A model generated the notes under the pieces. That model was given only the letters and a program-made list of their open reading frames with translations. It made no database searches and was not told where the DNA came from. A stretch of DNA of 64,000 bases from Cyanobacteria bacterium P01_A01_bin.123 (GTDB lineage: Bacteria; Cyanobacteriota; Cyanobacteriia; Phormidesmidales; Phormidesmidaceae), in the NCBI GenBank assembly GCA_039815185.1, contig JBCBZT010000027.1, forward strand, positions 32,001 to 96,000, read 5' to 3'. Numbering within the stretch: position 1 is the first letter of the stretch; each line of letters starts with the position of its first letter. Positions 61,071 to 64,000 of this stretch are shown here, piece by piece. The position numbers were made by a program, and so were the translations under genes.

Positions 61071-64000
61071 ATGATCATTGAAGATGAAGCGCTGCGCAGC
61101 CTCTACCAGGCGACGGGCATAGAGCGACTGCAAAAGCTCCAAACCGGGCTGCTAAAGTTAGAACAAGATCCCCATAGTCCAGCCACGCTGGCGGATTTAC
61201 AGCGAGAATTGCACAGCCTCAAAGGCGACTCTAACAGCGTCGGGTTAGACGCCATTGCCCAACTCGCCCAGCAGCTTGAGGCAATTATCAACGCCGTTGA
61301 AGTACGAACAATTGCGTTTAGCTTAGAAGTCAGCGATCGCCTCTATCAAGGGCTGTACACGATCGAGCAGCTGGTGCATGCCGCCGTCTCGGGTGAAGCC
61401 GATGGGGTTGAGGTCGATCAAACGCTGGCGCTGCTGCAGGGCGTGCTGGATGGGGCCATACCGACTGCACCAACGGTGCCTTTGACGGCCTCGGCTCCCC
61501 TCTATATCGACGATGACGAACTGCGGGAGATCTATCGCACCACCAGCGAAAGTCGATTGCAAACCCTGGAGTTTAGTCTGACCCAACTCGAACAAGGGCC
61601 AGATGATGCCGCCACATTAGAAGTGCTGCGGCGAGAAACCCACAGTCTCAAAGGCGACTCTAGAGCCGTCGGTCTTGAATCCGTGGCGGGGCTGACCCAG
61701 TCGATTGAAACCCTGATTAAGGATCTCAAAAGTGAAGTAATGCCCTTCACGGCTGAGGTTAGCGATTGTCTAGCCCAGGGGGTGGGGGCAATTCGCCAAC
61801 TGGTGGCCGAAGCCGTCTCGGGGGAAGCCAGCGGCGTAGATATTGCCCAAGTCAGCGATCGCTTGTTTGCAGTCGCGGCGACAGCGACCCTGCCATCCTC
61901 TGTTGCCCCGGCATTGCCCCCAGATCTCCCGGTCAATCTCCCCGTCGCTCTCTCCGTATCCCCAACGGCAAAACCTGTCGTCAGCGACAGCGAAGATGCT
62001 GAGCTATTGGCGATCTATCGCACCACCAGCGAAGAACGGCTGCAGCGGTTGGAGGCCAGTTTGCTGCACCTGGAGAAACATCCCCATGACGAGGCAACCC
62101 TAGCCGCCCTAATGCGGGAGGCCCATAGCCTGAAGGGAGACGCCGGTAGTACAGGCATTAATGCAGTCAAATCACTGGCTCACGCGGTTGAAGATATTCT
62201 GATTGGCATTCAGCGACGGACGCTTGAGCTAGACTCAACCATCAGCGATCGCCTCTATCAAGGCCTAGATGCAATCGGGCAATTGGTGCAAGCCGCTACG
62301 ACTGGGGTAGCGGTTAACGTTGATACCGATCAGCACTTACAAGCCTTGAGGGAAATTGCCCCGACTCCGACTGAGGACGCCCCCCAGCCCGCCCCAATCG
62401 CTGCCGAAACCGTTGCTCAAGTCGCGCCTACCCCCGGACGCCAAGAAGTGGGCGGGTTGGAACGGGAGACGGTGCGGGTTGAAACCCGAGAGCTAGACGC
62501 GTTGATGGCGCAAGCCGAAGATTTGGCGGTCACCCGAATTCAAATTTCCCAGACCGCGACCCAAACCCAGCAGTTAACGGCCCTGTGGGAAGAGTGGCAG
62601 GCCAACAAGCATAAACCCCAAACCGCAGAGCCGCCAGATCCGCCCTACGAAGAACGGTTGGCCGATTTGCTGCTCAACCTGAGAGCAACCGTTCAAGACA
62701 ACAGCAGCAAACTCGAACGGGTGGCTGAAGACTTGAGGGAGCGCATTCGCAAACTCCAGCTTTTGCCCCTGTCTACGCTGTTTCAGCCCTTGCCGAGGGT
62801 GGTGCGCGATCTGGCCAAACAACAATCCAAGGCCGTCAACCTGATTCTCGAAGGCGAAGATACCCTGGCCGACAAGCGCATTCTCGAAGGCATTAAAGAC
62901 TCGCTGATGCACTTGGTTCGCAATGCGATCGACCACGGCATCGAAGGCCCAGATGAGCGGGAAGCCGCCGGTAAATCTCCCATTGCGACCCTGCGGGTGA
63001 GGGCCTACCAGACCGCCGTCAGCCTGACGATTGAAATTCAAGACGACGGCCAGGGCCTGGATATTGAAAAGATTAAGCGAACGGCACTTAAGCAGGGGCT
63101 CTATGCCCGCGAAGATCTGGCAACCATGTCCGTCAGCCAAATTCAGCGGCTAATCTTAGCACCGGGATTTTCGACCCGCAGCTTTATTACTGAGATTTCC
63201 GGTCGGGGGGTCGGGTTAGATGTGGTGCAAACCCAAGTCGAACGACTGAAGGGGAGTATCCAAATTGAATCGACGCCAGGGGCAGGATCGATATTCCGCC
63301 TACAGCTCAGCACCAGCCTGAGCACTGCCAATGTGGTGCTCGTCGAAGCGCAGGGAATGAAATTTGCCGTGCCGATCGAATTCCTGCAAATGACGTTACT
63401 GGTTGCCCCCGATCAAATTAATACCGTTGAAGGGCAAGACACCCTCACCCTAGATGGACAAACGATTCCGGTGACGAACTTGGTTGATGGTCTAGAGTTA
63501 GCCCAGTCTCCGACCTATAGCTGGGTGGCGCGATCGCATCAGCGCGTGGGCGATCGCCGGCCTTGTATCTTGCTCAAAGTGGGCAATGAACAGGCTGGGT
63601 TTTTCGTTGATCAACTGATTGATCAGCTAGAGGTGGTGAGTAAACCCCTGAGTCCTATGCTGAAGCGGGTCCGCAATGTCACCGGAGCCACCATTCTGGG
63701 TACGGGGGAGATCTGTATGATTCTCAACCCCCCAGATATGCTCAAGTCGCTGCAGCAGCGGCCCAACTCTGCCATCCCAACATCAGCCCAGCAAACTGCA
63801 CAACGCAAACCCATCATTCTTTTGGTAGAAGACTCGCCACCCGTGCGGATTCAGGAAAAACGTCTGTTTGAAGGGGCAGGGTATGAGGTTGTCACCGCCA
63901 CAAATGGGCTGGAGGGCTATAACACGCTTCAAACCCGCGCCTTTGACGCGGTCGTGTCTGATGTCGAAATGCCCTACCTGGATGGATTCTCCCTGGTGGC
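61071..64000 (+). CDS. cheA: Hybrid CheA kinase: three Hpt domains, HATPase, CheW, REC (3'-truncated)
   Basis: Not in the ORF track because it runs off the edge; ATG 61071, HSLKG three times in one frame, HLVRNAIDHGIE, GRGVGLDVV, ILLVEDS...SDVEMP. Confidence 0.93.
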   Translation, partial: MIIEDEALRSLYQATGIERLQKLQTGLLKLEQDPHSPATLADLQRELHSLKGDSNSVGLDAIAQLAQQLEAIINAVEVRTIAFSLEVSDRLYQGLYTIEQLVHAAVSGEADGVEVDQTLALLQGVLDGAIPTAPTVPLTASAPLYIDDDELREIYRTTSESRLQTLEFSLTQLEQGPDDAATLEVLRRETHSLKGDSRAVGLESVAGLTQSIETLIKDLKSEVMPFTAEVSDCLAQGVGAIRQLVAEAVSGEASGVDIAQVSDRLFAVAATATLPSSVAPALPPDLPVNLPVALSVSPTAKPVVSDSEDAELLAIYRTTSEERLQRLEASLLHLEKHPHDEATLAALMREAHSLKGDAGSTGINAVKSLAHAVEDILIGIQRRTLELDSTISDRLYQGLDAIGQLVQAATTGVAVNVDTDQHLQALREIAPTPTEDAPQPAPIAAETVAQVAPTPGRQEVGGLERETVRVETRELDALMAQAEDLAVTRIQISQTATQTQQLTALWEEWQANKHKPQTAEPPDPPYEERLADLLLNLRATVQDNSSKLERVAEDLRERIRKLQLLPLSTLFQPLPRVVRDLAKQQSKAVNLILEGEDTLADKRILEGIKDSLMHLVRNAIDHGIEGPDEREAAGKSPIATLRVRAYQTAVSLTIEIQDDGQGLDIEKIKRTALKQGLYAREDLATMSVSQIQRLILAPGFSTRSFITEISGRGVGLDVVQTQVERLKGSIQIESTPGAGSIFRLQLSTSLSTANVVLVEAQGMKFAVPIEFLQMTLLVAPDQINTVEGQDTLTLDGQTIPVTNLVDGLELAQSPTYSWVARSHQRVGDRRPCILLKVGNEQAGFFVDQLIDQLEVVSKPLSPMLKRVRNVTGATILGTGEICMILNPPDMLKSLQQRPNSAIPTSAQQTAQRKPIILLVEDSPPVRIQEKRLFEGAGYEVVTATNGLEGYNTLQTRAFDAVVSDVEMPYLDGFSLV

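Noticed and set aside
60915..63817. Several short track ORFs in this interval
   Set aside because: They are antisense or out-of-frame shadows of the long cheA frame starting at 61071.

Overview
Cyanobacterial chromosomal window, judged from abundant HIP1 GCGATCGC sites, PatA, PEP-CTERM and Nif11 genes. 1-5.3 kb: menaquinone/phylloquinone genes (menD partial, menB, menE, GST, menA). 6.6-26.8 kb holds the most striking feature, an apparently hybrid RiPP/fatty-acid cluster. It has three paralogous precursor genes carrying five 'double-Gly leader - variable core - NHNET' cassettes, a Nif11 precursor, a heme-oxygenase-like (HDO) enzyme with altered metal ligands and a divergent HTH-NB-ARC-WD40 STAND protein. 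These sit beside a tightly coupled minus-strand operon: FAAL-desaturase fusion, ACP, docking-domain thioester reductase, SDR, pyruvyltransferase-like protein, acyl-CoA ligase, Rieske oxygenase and a CCG-type LanM. 27.5-34.1 kb: accessory island starting at a tRNA-Phe 3' remnant, with a degenerate GGDEF gene, BrnT/BrnA between 47-bp direct repeats, and attC-bounded cassettes encoding two TIR proteins (no integrase seen). 34-41 kb: glsA, a N-heterocycle salvage operon (M20 amidohydrolase, HpyO-like flavoprotein, cyanuric acid hydrolase) and ppx. 41-50 kb: another cassette/pseudogene zone with a decayed IS4-family element, PEP-CTERM genes and a Ser/Thr kinase. 50-64 kb: GH15-like protein, SRPBCC, type IA topoisomerase, PatA, MCP and a three-Hpt CheA (partial). 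All family assignments come from motif recognition by eye; no searches were run.
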